From an uncultured Armatimonadia bacterium (lineage in GTDB: Bacteria; Armatimonadota; Zipacnadia; CAVVLO01), in the NCBI GenBank assembly GCA_963749155.1, contig CAVVLO010000005.1:448001-512000 (forward strand): a DNA stretch of 64,000 nucleotides, in the 5' to 3' direction. Both the position numbers and the translations under genes were made by a program. Position 1 is the stretch's first letter; every line of letters begins with the position of its first letter. Below the pieces are notes generated by a model that had not been told where the DNA came from, did no database searches, and saw only the letters and a list, made by a program, of their open reading frames with translations. Below are positions 22,990-32,643 of the stretch, one piece after another.

Positions 22990-25900
22990 ATGAAACTGGT
23001 TCTCATACTGGCTCTTCTGTTTTCGATTGCCCTGGGGGCTCTAGCCCAGGCCGAGGTCGTTGCGGACTTCGCCTTTGAAGGCAATCTGACGGACTCCTCC
23101 CCCCTGGCTGGCAGGCTTGAGGGACGGGCCAGCTTCGCTCCCGGCCACCAGGGCCAGTGCCTGACCGAGCTTGATGCTCCACTTGTACTCGAGAGCAGGC
23201 CGGAGCTTTCTCTTACCGCTGGATTCAGCCTGGACTGCTGGATTTACTTCGACGAAGTGCCCACCACCCATACCCTTATCGCCATCAAGGATCAGGAGTA
23301 TCAACTGCGCCTCGATCCCGTCAGTGAGGGCGGCAGGCTGGCCTTTTTCGTCTATCTCAACGAGTGGGAACCCAGGCTCGGCGCGCCGCGACCTAGACCC
23401 GGCGTCTGGAACCACCTTATCGCCTCCTGGGATGGGGTAATGGCGCGCCTCGAGGTCAATGGAGAAGTCTGGGAAAGCGTCAGGACTGGCTCGGTTCTGC
23501 CCGCTGACACTCCACTCGAGATTGGCGGGCAGGTGCGACTCGACGAATTGCGGATAACAAATCCCTCGGCCAGACTCAAGCGCGATTTGCTGCTAGCTGC
23601 CCAGGCGCCTGCGAGCGGGGCAGGGCTTGCTTTCAGCCCCGAGGCGGGTTGGGGCGCCTGGCAGGCTGGCGCAGGCGGCAAAATGGAGGAGACCGCCTCG
23701 GCGCTCCGCATCGCCTCTGACGAGCAGGACGCCTGGCTATTCACTGGCGGCCTGGGGGCTGATGTCTCTAGCCTGCCTTTGGTTTCGCTGCTGCTCAAAC
23801 CTGCTGGCCAGACAACCTACGGCAGGCTGCTTTTCGTTACCGACGCGGGGAGTGGCGAAGTCAGTTTCCCGGTGCTGGAAGGGCAGTCCAGCCTCGCCGA
23901 TATGTCTCACAGCGCAAACTGGAAAGGCCGCCTGAGGGCGCTTGCCGTCGGATTGCTTCCACCAGGGCCTGGCGGCTTCGACCTGGAAGGGCTGTGGGTT
24001 GGAGACGCCCCGCAAGGGCCTGCCTTTGTCTATCCGCGCAGCTTCACGACCTACCGCGCGGTGTTGCGCGCAGGGCGAGAGGAGACACTTGTCGCAATCG
24101 TGCGCAACTCCTTCCTGCCAGCAAAGGACGTGCAAGTTACTCTGGAACTGCCACCTGGCGTCGTCCCTCTGGATGGTCTCGAGCGCGGCGTGCCCGAGCT
24201 TGCCGACAAGTGGCAGCAGCGCTTCGAATGGAAGGTCAGAGCTGAGGCTCCAATCAAAGGCGAAGCGTTGCTGAGGCTTTCCGCCGAGGGACGCCAGTTG
24301 CCCGAAAAGCGCCTGCTGCTTGATTTCAAGCCGCCGGTGGCGCCTGCCGACTATGTCCCGCCGCCCAAACCTGCCAAGTCTGATTACCTGTTGCTGATGC
24401 ATTACTGCGCCTTGTGGAAGGATGGCACCCATCTGGGCTGGAACCGGATCGAGAACTACCCCGAGCGCAGGCCTGCCATCGGCTTCTACAACGAAGGAGA
24501 ACCCGAGGTCGCCGACTGGCACATCAAATACGCGCTGGAGCACGGTATCCAGGGGTTTGTCTACTGCTGGTATCGCAGCGACCTGGAGCCCGAAATCCAC
24601 CAGATTCTGGGCCACGCCATCCACGACGGCCTGAAGCAGGCGGTTTACCGAGACCAGTTCAAATATGCGATTATGTGGGAGAACGCCAACGCGAAAGGCA
24701 TCGTCAACCTGGCTGACCTGCTGGACAACCTGCTGCCCTTCTGGATTGAGAACTACTTCCGCGATGCCAACTATGTGCGGCTGGACGGCAAGCCGCTACT
24801 GGTCGTGTATTACCCGCCGCGGATGCGCGAGCAGCTCGGGGGCAGCGACGGCGTGAAGGCGGCCCTTGCGGCGATGCGCAAAGCCTGCGAGGAGGCTGGA
24901 CTCGGCGGTTTGTATATTATGGCTTGCGAGGGCACGGCCAATGAGGCTAACCTGCAGCAGTTCGCCGCCGAAGGGTGGGATGCCACCTCCGCTTATGCCA
25001 CCTTCGGCCCCTGGAACGCAACCAGGCCTGATCCTGATGGCGGGGTTGAAAACGCTTACAGGCCCTGGGTGCTGGGCCAACTGGATATCTTCAAAGCCAA
25101 ACGCGAAATCGGCGCTCTGCCCGACATCGTGAACCCGATGATGGGCTGGGATCCCCGTCCCTGGCATGGCGAGTTGGGCTGTCTCCATACCGGGGCACCC
25201 GATGCAGCGGCCTTCAAGGAGTTTTGCCAGCAGGTAAAGGTCGAGATTGATTCGCGCCCGGCCAGCAGCCTCGACAGCAAGGTGGTGCTCTTCGACAACT
25301 GGACGGAGTTTGGCGAAGGCCATTATATCGAACCGACCAGTGGCACCGGTTTTGGCTTCTTGAACGCTATCCGGGAGGTCTTCTGCGACCCCGCGAGCCC
25401 CCCGGCAGAGGAGCTCATCCCCGAAGATATCGGCCTTGCGCCGCGCGAGAGCTGGTATATGACCAAGCGGCCTGTCTACCTGTCGGCTCTGGCGGACAAG
25501 TCGGCCGTTATGGAGGACGGCCTGCTGGCCCATTGGACCTTCAACGAAACTGATCCGGTGATGGTGAAAGACAGCTCTCCCTGCAAGCTGGAAGGCTTTC
25601 TCAATGACTGCGAGTACGGCCCCGGGGTCGAGGGGCAAGGCCTGGTCTGCACGGGTGATGCCGCCGAGATCCCCTTCAATCGCCTGCTGATGCCACCGGA
25701 GGGCCTTACGCTGTCGCTCTGGGTGAATCCCTCAGAGGCTGACCAATCCGATAATTGGCTGCTGACCTGTATAACGGGCGCCAGCACCGGGTGGCGACTT
25801 GGACTGGGCAAGGAAAGCAAGGCCGCCTTCCAGGTGCCCATCACCGATTGGAGCCATGGCCTGAGTGGCGGCGATCCGCTGCCGGTCGGCAAGTGGACGC

Positions 25901-26136
25901 ATGTTGCCGCGACCTGGGATGGCCAGATGCTGAGCCTGTATGTGGCGGGGAAGGAGGTCGCCTCGTTGCCCAGACAGGGCGCAATCCGGCCTGCGACAAG
26001 TTCTCTTTTCCTTGGGGGCTTCTCGCGCAACCATCCAACAGCCAATTATCTGGGCTCGATTGATGAAGTGAAGGTCTGGGTGAGGGCGCTTTCACCTGCG
26101 GAGCTCGCCGCTGAAGCTGCCCGGTTTGGAGACTAA
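22990..26136 (+). CDS. Secreted LamG - GH99-like (WbsX-type) - LamG glycoside hydrolase, copy 2
   Basis: Intact 1048-aa paralog, collinear with copy 1 and carrying the same motifs. Confidence 0.85.
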   Translation: MKLVLILALLFSIALGALAQAEVVADFAFEGNLTDSSPLAGRLEGRASFAPGHQGQCLTELDAPLVLESRPELSLTAGFSLDCWIYFDEVPTTHTLIAIKDQEYQLRLDPVSEGGRLAFFVYLNEWEPRLGAPRPRPGVWNHLIASWDGVMARLEVNGEVWESVRTGSVLPADTPLEIGGQVRLDELRITNPSARLKRDLLLAAQAPASGAGLAFSPEAGWGAWQAGAGGKMEETASALRIASDEQDAWLFTGGLGADVSSLPLVSLLLKPAGQTTYGRLLFVTDAGSGEVSFPVLEGQSSLADMSHSANWKGRLRALAVGLLPPGPGGFDLEGLWVGDAPQGPAFVYPRSFTTYRAVLRAGREETLVAIVRNSFLPAKDVQVTLELPPGVVPLDGLERGVPELADKWQQRFEWKVRAEAPIKGEALLRLSAEGRQLPEKRLLLDFKPPVAPADYVPPPKPAKSDYLLLMHYCALWKDGTHLGWNRIENYPERRPAIGFYNEGEPEVADWHIKYALEHGIQGFVYCWYRSDLEPEIHQILGHAIHDGLKQAVYRDQFKYAIMWENANAKGIVNLADLLDNLLPFWIENYFRDANYVRLDGKPLLVVYYPPRMREQLGGSDGVKAALAAMRKACEEAGLGGLYIMACEGTANEANLQQFAAEGWDATSAYATFGPWNATRPDPDGGVENAYRPWVLGQLDIFKAKREIGALPDIVNPMMGWDPRPWHGELGCLHTGAPDAAAFKEFCQQVKVEIDSRPASSLDSKVVLFDNWTEFGEGHYIEPTSGTGFGFLNAIREVFCDPASPPAEELIPEDIGLAPRESWYMTKRPVYLSALADKSAVMEDGLLAHWTFNETDPVMVKDSSPCKLEGFLNDCEYGPGVEGQGLVCTGDAAEIPFNRLLMPPEGLTLSLWVNPSEADQSDNWLLTCITGASTGWRLGLGKESKAAFQVPITDWSHGLSGGDPLPVGKWTHVAATWDGQMLSLYVAGKEVASLPRQGAIRPATSSLFLGGFSRNHPTANYLGSIDEVKVWVRALSPAELAAEAARFGD

Positions 26137-26139
26137 GCC

Positions 26140-27306
26140 TTGAAACGCGATGTCAGGTTGGTGCTGGCGGCGGTCTTTTGTTGCGAGTCGGCGCTTGCTT
26201 CGATGTATGTCGCCTACCCGCTGACAGCGCTCAAGCTGGGGGCGGATTCCTTCGACCTGGGACTGCTGGCGGCGTGCGGGTCGCTCATCTACGCGTTTGC
26301 GGTAGTCTGGGGAGGCAAGCTGGGCGACCGGTTCGGCCTTCAGACGCCACCCATCATCGGTTGTCTGGTGGGTGCCTGCATCCATCTGATTACGCCTCAC
26401 TGCGTGAGCCTGGGCCAGCTTTATGCCTGCCGGGCGGGCATTGGTCTGATAGGCGCGCTGCAATGGCCGATGCTGATGGCCTGGCTGACTGACCTTGGCG
26501 CCGACCGGCGTCATCGCACTCTGGTGGGGTTGCTTGCCTGGTTCAACCTGGCCTGGGCTGGAGCCGAACTCCTCGTCCCGCGTATCGCTGGGCAGGTCTA
26601 CCTGCTGGGGCCAGGGGCAGCTTTCGGCCTGGCGAGCGGCTTCCTGGCCCTGGGCGCCGGGTTCCTCGTGGTGGCCAAAGTGCAGAACCAGGCGCGTGCC
26701 GAAGAAGATACCACTGCGGGAGGCGATTCCTTCCAGGCGGACCGATTCCGCGCTGCCGGCCGGGTGGCCAACCTGGCCAGCTACTTCACTATCGGCATCT
26801 GCCTGCATTTGTTTCCTGACCTCGGAGTTCGACTTGGCTTCACCCCGCCCGAGTTGGGGCTGGCTAATAGCTTGCTTGGCGGGGGCAGGTTCCTTGGATT
26901 CGCCCTGATGATGCTGGGCTCGCGCTGGCTGTTCAACGGACGGTTGCAGCTTGGCTGGCAGTTGCTGGCGCTGGCGGGCGGATTGATTGGACTGGTAGCC
27001 CAGGCGCACTGGTTGCTTCTGCTGGCCTTTGGGCTGGTGGGATTGAATGCGGGTTTCTCTTACTGGGCCAGCATCTACTACGCGATGGCGGCGACCTCGG
27101 GCAGGGCGGCGAAAGGCGGCTGGCATGAGGCTTTCATCGGCGTGGGAGCGGCTTCTGGCCCCCTGCTTGGAGGGTGGCTTGCTGTCCAGAGTGGCAATCT
27201 GCGCGCCCCCTTCGCCCTGATGAGCGCTCTCGTGCTGGCGACGATTGTGGCGCAGGCCTGGCTTCTCAAACCCTGGCTGAAGCGGGAGCTAGCCAAACCG
27301 AAATAA
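26140..27306 (+). CDS. MFS transporter
   Basis: About 12 hydrophobic segments; MFS motif A GKLGDRFG; GAASGPLLGGWLA. Confidence 0.85.
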   Translation: MKRDVRLVLAAVFCCESALASMYVAYPLTALKLGADSFDLGLLAACGSLIYAFAVVWGGKLGDRFGLQTPPIIGCLVGACIHLITPHCVSLGQLYACRAGIGLIGALQWPMLMAWLTDLGADRRHRTLVGLLAWFNLAWAGAELLVPRIAGQVYLLGPGAAFGLASGFLALGAGFLVVAKVQNQARAEEDTTAGGDSFQADRFRAAGRVANLASYFTIGICLHLFPDLGVRLGFTPPELGLANSLLGGGRFLGFALMMLGSRWLFNGRLQLGWQLLALAGGLIGLVAQAHWLLLLAFGLVGLNAGFSYWASIYYAMAATSGRAAKGGWHEAFIGVGAASGPLLGGWLAVQSGNLRAPFALMSALVLATIVAQAWLLKPWLKRELAKPK

Positions 27307-27376
27307 AACCCAGCGAAAATTGATATCCTTATTTTTACCCAGTAATAATTGGCCGAGTCGGGCAATTCTACCCAGT

Positions 27377-27408
27377 AAAAAAGGGCGCCCGACGAGTGCC
27401 GGACGCCC
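27377..27408 (-). terminator. Rho-independent terminator of the DUF4838 gene
   Basis: Minus strand reads GGGCGTCCGGC-ACTC-GTCGGGCGCCC followed by TTTTTT. Confidence 0.8.
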
Positions 27409-27430
27409 CTTTCCAATCCTGGAAGGTCAG

Positions 27431-29175
27431 TTATTCGCCCAGCCAGTCATTGCGCAGGTTCTCGGTAGGATTGCCCTCGCGCCATTGGCCGAAACCGTTG
27501 GCGTCTACGATGGCGAACAGCTGTTTTGCCAGTGGCAGGAAGTCCGGATTGCCTTTGCCCATCTGCGCGCATCGCACGTAGAGGATAGGCACCCAGGCCT
27601 TTTCGACCTCGGCATGAGCCAACTCGTCTCTCTCGGTCACCTTCAGCATCTGCTTGAAGAGCACATCGGCTTTCGCGATGAGTTCTGGTGTGAGATAGGG
27701 GGCGTTGGTGCCTTCCCAGATATGCATATGGTAGTCCTTCACCGAGTCGGCCATCATATGCAGATACTCCAGCATCAGCGGGGCGGCGGCGCCATAGACG
27801 CCTTCGCAGAACTCGTTAATCGCCACGTCCGCGTCATAGTCGGGATCCCAGAGGGCCTTGGCCATTATGTAGCTTTTCAGTTCGGCCCCCTCGCCCCCAC
27901 CCCCTGGCGGGTAGGCGCCTTCCTCGAAGATGCCCTTTACGCCGTGCTCGACGAAATACTTGATATTGGGCTGCAACACCCAGTAATTGGGGAAGGGCAA
28001 CCAGTAGTTGGCGAAGTCGGTATTGTAATCCCAGATATAGGTGCGGTCCGAGACTCGCGCCCACTCCTCCATATCGCGCCTGAAATTGGTGTTTTCACTC
28101 GAATCGCAGGTCGCAAGGGGATGGGAGAAGCAACACTCGATATTGCACAGGCGGATTATCACACTCGGCAGCGGCCGTGCGTCTTTGGGCGCTTTACGCG
28201 TGTATTGGTAGGCCAGCGTATCAATCGCCTTGTCGGGGAACTCGTCGGCCAGCTCGCCTGCGATATAGTTCACGAAGTTAAGCAGCGAGCCCATCGGCGT
28301 GCCCTGGGCTTCATCCTGAGCGCGGCAGTTGTCGCACTGGCAATTGCGGAAGGCGTCATTTTGCGAGACCGAGTAGATGCCTGCCTCGGGGTGCTCCTTC
28401 ATCCACTGGCGCACGCCCTCGAGCGCTATCCGGCGCACGTCAGGATTAGTGAGGCAAAGCTGCGCATACCCGTCCTGGCGCTGACCATCTACAAGCGAAA
28501 AGTATTCCGGATGATCTTTGAAATACTTCTCGGGGGGCAGCAAGTTGGAGAAGGTGTGTACAAAGGGAAATAGGTTATCTTGCCCCCGCGCTCTTCATCC
28601 AGGTGCATTGATTGGCCGTTTACCTTGTTGCGGGCCGCCCAGTCGGCCTCGAAAGCCTCCGTGAAGAAGGGCTCCCGGTATTCGAGGATAGGGACCTGGG
28701 TGTCGTCGAGATGGGCTGGCAGGCTGATAGTGGGCAGATGGGGCACCCGGGTTATCTTCGAGGTGAACCAGCGAAAACCGAGATAGTTCTCGAGGAAGGT
28801 GTAGACGCCGTACATCGTGCCGCGCTGGCCATCGCCTGCGATTATCAGCTTGCCGCCGCGCGTCTTGATAGTGAAGCCTTCCTTGCCAAGCTTCTTCCAG
28901 TTGATGACGAGACCAAGGTCTGCCAGGCGCGAATTGTTGCCAAGAAGTATCTCATGCTGCTGCCCTGGCGCGGTGTCGTCCACAAGGGGCAGCCTGGCGC
29001 CGCTTGCCTGTTCGAGATAGCTTTGCAGCTCACTGGCAGCGTGCCGCTCGGAAGGCGAGGCCTGGGCGGGCAGCACAATCTGATAATCACTTGTGCCCTC
29101 TATCGTCAGCTTCATAGCGTTGCAGCCTCCAGCCAGCACTGAGATTAGCGCAAAGGACAGAATCAGGTGGCGCAT
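27431..29175 (-). CDS. DUF4838 domain protein with GH67/GH20b-like N-terminal domain (frameshift ~28565)
   Basis: Signal peptide ending in Cys (possible lipoprotein); GQRGTMYGVYTFLE; reconstructed FVHTF…YFKDHPEYFSL; QLCLTNPDV; SVSQND; TLAYQYT; YIWDY. Confidence 0.85.
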
Positions 29176-29303
29176 ACCGAACCTCCTCGGGCAAGCTTGC
29201 CCCTGTGAAGCTCCTCTTCGCTTCCCACCCGGTCTTTCCTACTTGCGACGGTTGGCTTGTGGTAAGCTAATTGTATTCAAACCAGGCTGGAAGGAGAGCA
29301 GTT

Positions 29304-29684
29304 ATGACCGATAACCAGGGGCCTCGGCCTCAGAACTGGAACGAGCCGCCTGTCAGAGGCTTCAACTGGGGCGCGGCAGGCTTGCCTCAGCCGTGGACCC
29401 TGTATCACCGGCAGTGGGCCTGGTTCATCCTGGCCTTGCTGGCGCCGCTGATTGCCTCTATCGCGCTGGGGTTTCTTGGCAACCGGGTCTCCTGGGAAAG
29501 TGGCCAGTGGCGCGATGCGGACGAGTTCGTTCGGTCAAATGAACGCTGGCGACTGGCCGGACTCGTCACCATCATAATGACCTGCGCCATATTGGTTATC
29601 GTCTCGGTTGTTATGGTTTTGATTTGGGGAACTGCCCTGATGGCCGGACTGACTGCCGCTGGGGCTTCTTCAGGGCTGTATTGA
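29304..29684 (+). CDS. Small membrane protein of the FNWGA-motif type
   Basis: GFNWGAA…W…GFLGNRVSWE…F…ERW with 2-3 TM helices. AAGGAG RBS. Confidence 0.7.
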   Translation: MTDNQGPRPQNWNEPPVRGFNWGAAGLPQPWTLYHRQWAWFILALLAPLIASIALGFLGNRVSWESGQWRDADEFVRSNERWRLAGLVTIIMTCAILVIVSVVMVLIWGTALMAGLTAAGASSGLY

Positions 29685-29697
29685 GGAGAGAGGTAAT

Positions 29698-29910
29698 ATG
29701 ACAACTGTAAAACTCGCAATCCGGGGTATGACCTGCGAGCACTGCGTAAAGCGCGTGACCAAAGCGCTGGAGGGAGTTGCAGGTGTCGCACAGGCCGAAG
29801 TCTCACTGGCTGAAAACAGCGCCCAGGTAACCTTCGATGAAGGCAAGACTTCTCTTGCTGCCCTCATCGAGGCGGTTGAAGAGGCCGGTTATGAGGCGAG
29901 CGCTGCCTAG
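29698..29910 (+). CDS. copZ: Copper chaperone (HMA domain)
   Basis: 70 aa with GMTCEHC metal-binding motif and AVEEAGY C-terminus. Confidence 0.92.
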   Translation: MTTVKLAIRGMTCEHCVKRVTKALEGVAGVAQAEVSLAENSAQVTFDEGKTSLAALIEAVEEAGYEASAA

Positions 29911-32160
29911 CCTGGCCCGATTTCCAGTTCGCAGCCGGTTTCCAGATAACGCCGCGAGTAGCAATAGACCTTGCCGTTCTCCGAGCCAATAAGCAGGTCC
30001 AGCCTGCCATCACCGGTCAGGTCGACAGGCTCAGGCGTCGCGGAATGGCATCCAAAGCCCATCGGCGCCCCGCCGCAGAGTAGCTTGCGCGGCTTTGCGA
30101 ATACAGGCGCCTCGGTAGTGCCAACGTTCTCAATCAGCAGCACTGTGGCTTTGCCCTCGGGCTGGGCCAAAGGCTGGCGCGCGAATAAGCCCAAGCAGCA
30201 AATCGAAATCTCCATCCGCGTCCCAGTCGCAAACGGCGAATTTGCTGCGCCCAACCAGCCCGGAGAAGCCATCGAGCTTCATCTCCTCGCCCGATTCGTA
30301 GTGCAGCCGAGTAGCGCTGATTAACGCAGCAGGATCGTCCGGGGCGCGCTGGTACAAGGTAAGGTAGCCTTCCTGGTCGAGGCAGAGCAGCTCTTGCGGC
30401 TTGTCCGGAAAACGACGCACCGCCTGAGGCCTCTGTCGCCAGACAGTCTTGAAAGGCTTGCCCTGCCAGGTGAAAGGCACTGGCGCGGCCAGCACGGGCG
30501 CCTCGCGAGAGCCGATATTGGCGAAATAAAGCACCTGGCCCAGCACGTCACAGGTGATAAGTTCGGGCAGTCCGCCATCTCGCCAGTCCGAAACCGCGAC
30601 GTTGAGATAGCCCCACCGGTCTTCACTTGGCCCCTGGATAGAGCCACCTGGGCCGGCTTCGATGTGGAAGGGCACTCCCGCCAGCCAGCAGTGGGACAGG
30701 CTCTGACCAGAGGGGCCTGCCGGGCTTGCCTCGGTCAGTGGAGACGAGCAAGTCGCCCTCCGCGTTGGCCAGCAGCAGGTCGAAATCGCCGTCTGCATCC
30801 CAGTCAGCTACTGACACCGAAGCTTTGCAGTGGACGGTGAGACAGCCTGGGCCCTCTCTCAGGTAGCGCGGCGCGCGCACCTGGGGCATCCCATCGGGGG
30901 CGACGCCCGCATTTTCGAGCACCATTATGTTGCCGCCCTCGGTGCCGGCAAGCAGGTCGGGAAGTCCTGTGCCTGTCCAGTCCCAGGCGTCCAGAGTTAC
31001 CATCCACTGGGGCAGGGGATACCCCCCATACTGGCCTTCCAGCTTGCCGAGATACTCGACCTCAAGCGGGTTCTCGGTCGGCCGGTAGCAGCGGATAGCG
31101 CCGAGGAAATCCGCCACGAAGAGCACTGGATGGCCGTCTCCAGCCCAGTCAGCAACGACGGGCGAGGCAGCGCCGTACACATCGAAGGGCTCTCCATCCA
31201 CTTCTAGCTGGACAGGCGGCTCGAACAGAGGAGCCTCGGGCGCTGCCGACATTGCGCGCGAAATAGAGCTTGCCATGAAGCGGCCCGCCAAGCCAGTTGC
31301 CCTGGTCATCATACCCGCGCCCAAAGCCGATATGAGGCTCGTCAATCCCCGCGTGGGCGCGTTCGCCGAAGGGATAGTATTCGCTCCAGTCGTTGCCGCC
31401 AATCAGGAGATCCCATACGCCATCGCCGTCCCAGTCCACCACGAAAGGCCTGGCCTCGGGAATCCCATCGAATACGACGCGCCCTTCGGTGGTGATCAGC
31501 GGAACAGGTTCCTGGAAAACCGGCCAGCCGGCTTCGACCTTCCCCTTGTGCAGTTCTCCGCCAGCCTGCATGGCAATGCACCAGACCTCGCCAGAGGGGG
31601 CATCCGGTATTCTGACCAGCCGGGCAGACGATATCTGGCACTCGGCAGGCTTGCCTGAGGGGGGCTTCCCGGCCCTCGAGAGTCGCTTCTGCCAGATGCA
31701 GATACACGCCTCCCTGGTGCATTGTCGGATGGGTCCAGGTGAGAAGCTGCAGCTGCCCAGTGCCAGTCCAGTCGAGCAATATAGGCCGGCCATGCAGGCA
31801 GAGGCCAAGTTCGGCTTCGCGGCCAGGATAACCCACCATAAGCGGCTCGCCCGCGCCGATAAAAGGCGGGGGAGAAGGTGGTGTTTCAAGCGGTTTCGTA
31901 TCGAAATGGAGCGTATATGGCGCCCGGGCCGGCTGAAAGTAGAAAGCCAGTCGGTCTTCTGCCCAAAGAGAACCGCTGGGTTCGCCAAATCGGTCGCGCA
32001 CTTCGAGACTTCCAGGATGGATAAGCGCCTCTGCTCCCGCGGCAAGCTGCAACTCGCGCAGGTTGAGGCGGCAAGAAGCGGGGGTGGGCAGGTCTACTGG
32101 CGCAGATTTCAAGACTAGCGGCAGCGCATAGCGTTGTTCTGGCTTCGACACGAAGGTCAC
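29907..32160 (-). CDS. FG-GAP/VCBS repeat beta-propeller protein (four frameshifts ~31628, ~31238, ~30677, ~30187)
   Basis: Repeated DWDGDGxxDLL, DWDADGDFDLLL and DLTGDGRLDLLIG motifs spread across five consecutive ORF fragments. Confidence 0.8.
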
Positions 32161-32241
32161 CTCTGGCTGGGATTCGGCAGGATTCTACACCCGAGGGGCG
32201 AATCCCTGCCTGATACCACTCTTTCAGCAGAGGCAAGCCAG

Positions 32242-32643
32242 GTGGATAAACAGCGATTGAGAGACGCCTTTGAGGTCGTCGCGGGGCTTTCAAATCGGAA
32301 CAAAGCTTTTGCCTGCGCCTTGCGCAGCTATATCACGCTGCTGTTTTGCCCAGCTCTTTGCGCGCTCGCGGGCTGGGCCACGGGGATGTATTTTCTCAAA
32401 GTTAAACCTGCCTGCAAACGCGATCCGGTAGAAGAGTTTCGCTCGCTTGCCAGCCTCCAGCCGGAGGCGCCCAGCCTCTCATCGGCCGTTTATTCCAGCC
32501 AGGGGGGCGACAAGTTTCACCTGCCTGGCTGCCGTTATCTGCCAGCCGACTCGAGGGTTGAACTGCTGTGGCACGAAAGCGCCCAGGAAGCAGTTCGCCA
32601 GGGCCTGAAACCTTGTAAAGTCTGTCTTGGAGGCACCCAATAA
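32242..32643 (+). CDS. Membrane-anchored protein with C-terminal Ada-type zinc-binding module
   Basis: One TM segment, then KFHLPGCRY…SAQEAVRQGLKPCKVC. Its stop overlaps the next start (TAATG). Start codon uncertain. Confidence 0.65.
   Translation: MDKQRLRDAFEVVAGLSNRNKAFACALRSYITLLFCPALCALAGWATGMYFLKVKPACKRDPVEEFRSLASLQPEAPSLSSAVYSSQGGDKFHLPGCRYLPADSRVELLWHESAQEAVRQGLKPCKVCLGGTQ

Noticed and set aside
20594..28573. Long antisense ORFs (e.g. 20594..22174 -, 23737..24624 -, 27320..28573 +; similarly 8154..9344 + and 55463..56647 +)
   Set aside because: They are shadows of real genes in GC-rich DNA, with no recognisable motifs, and they lie opposite well-supported CDSs.
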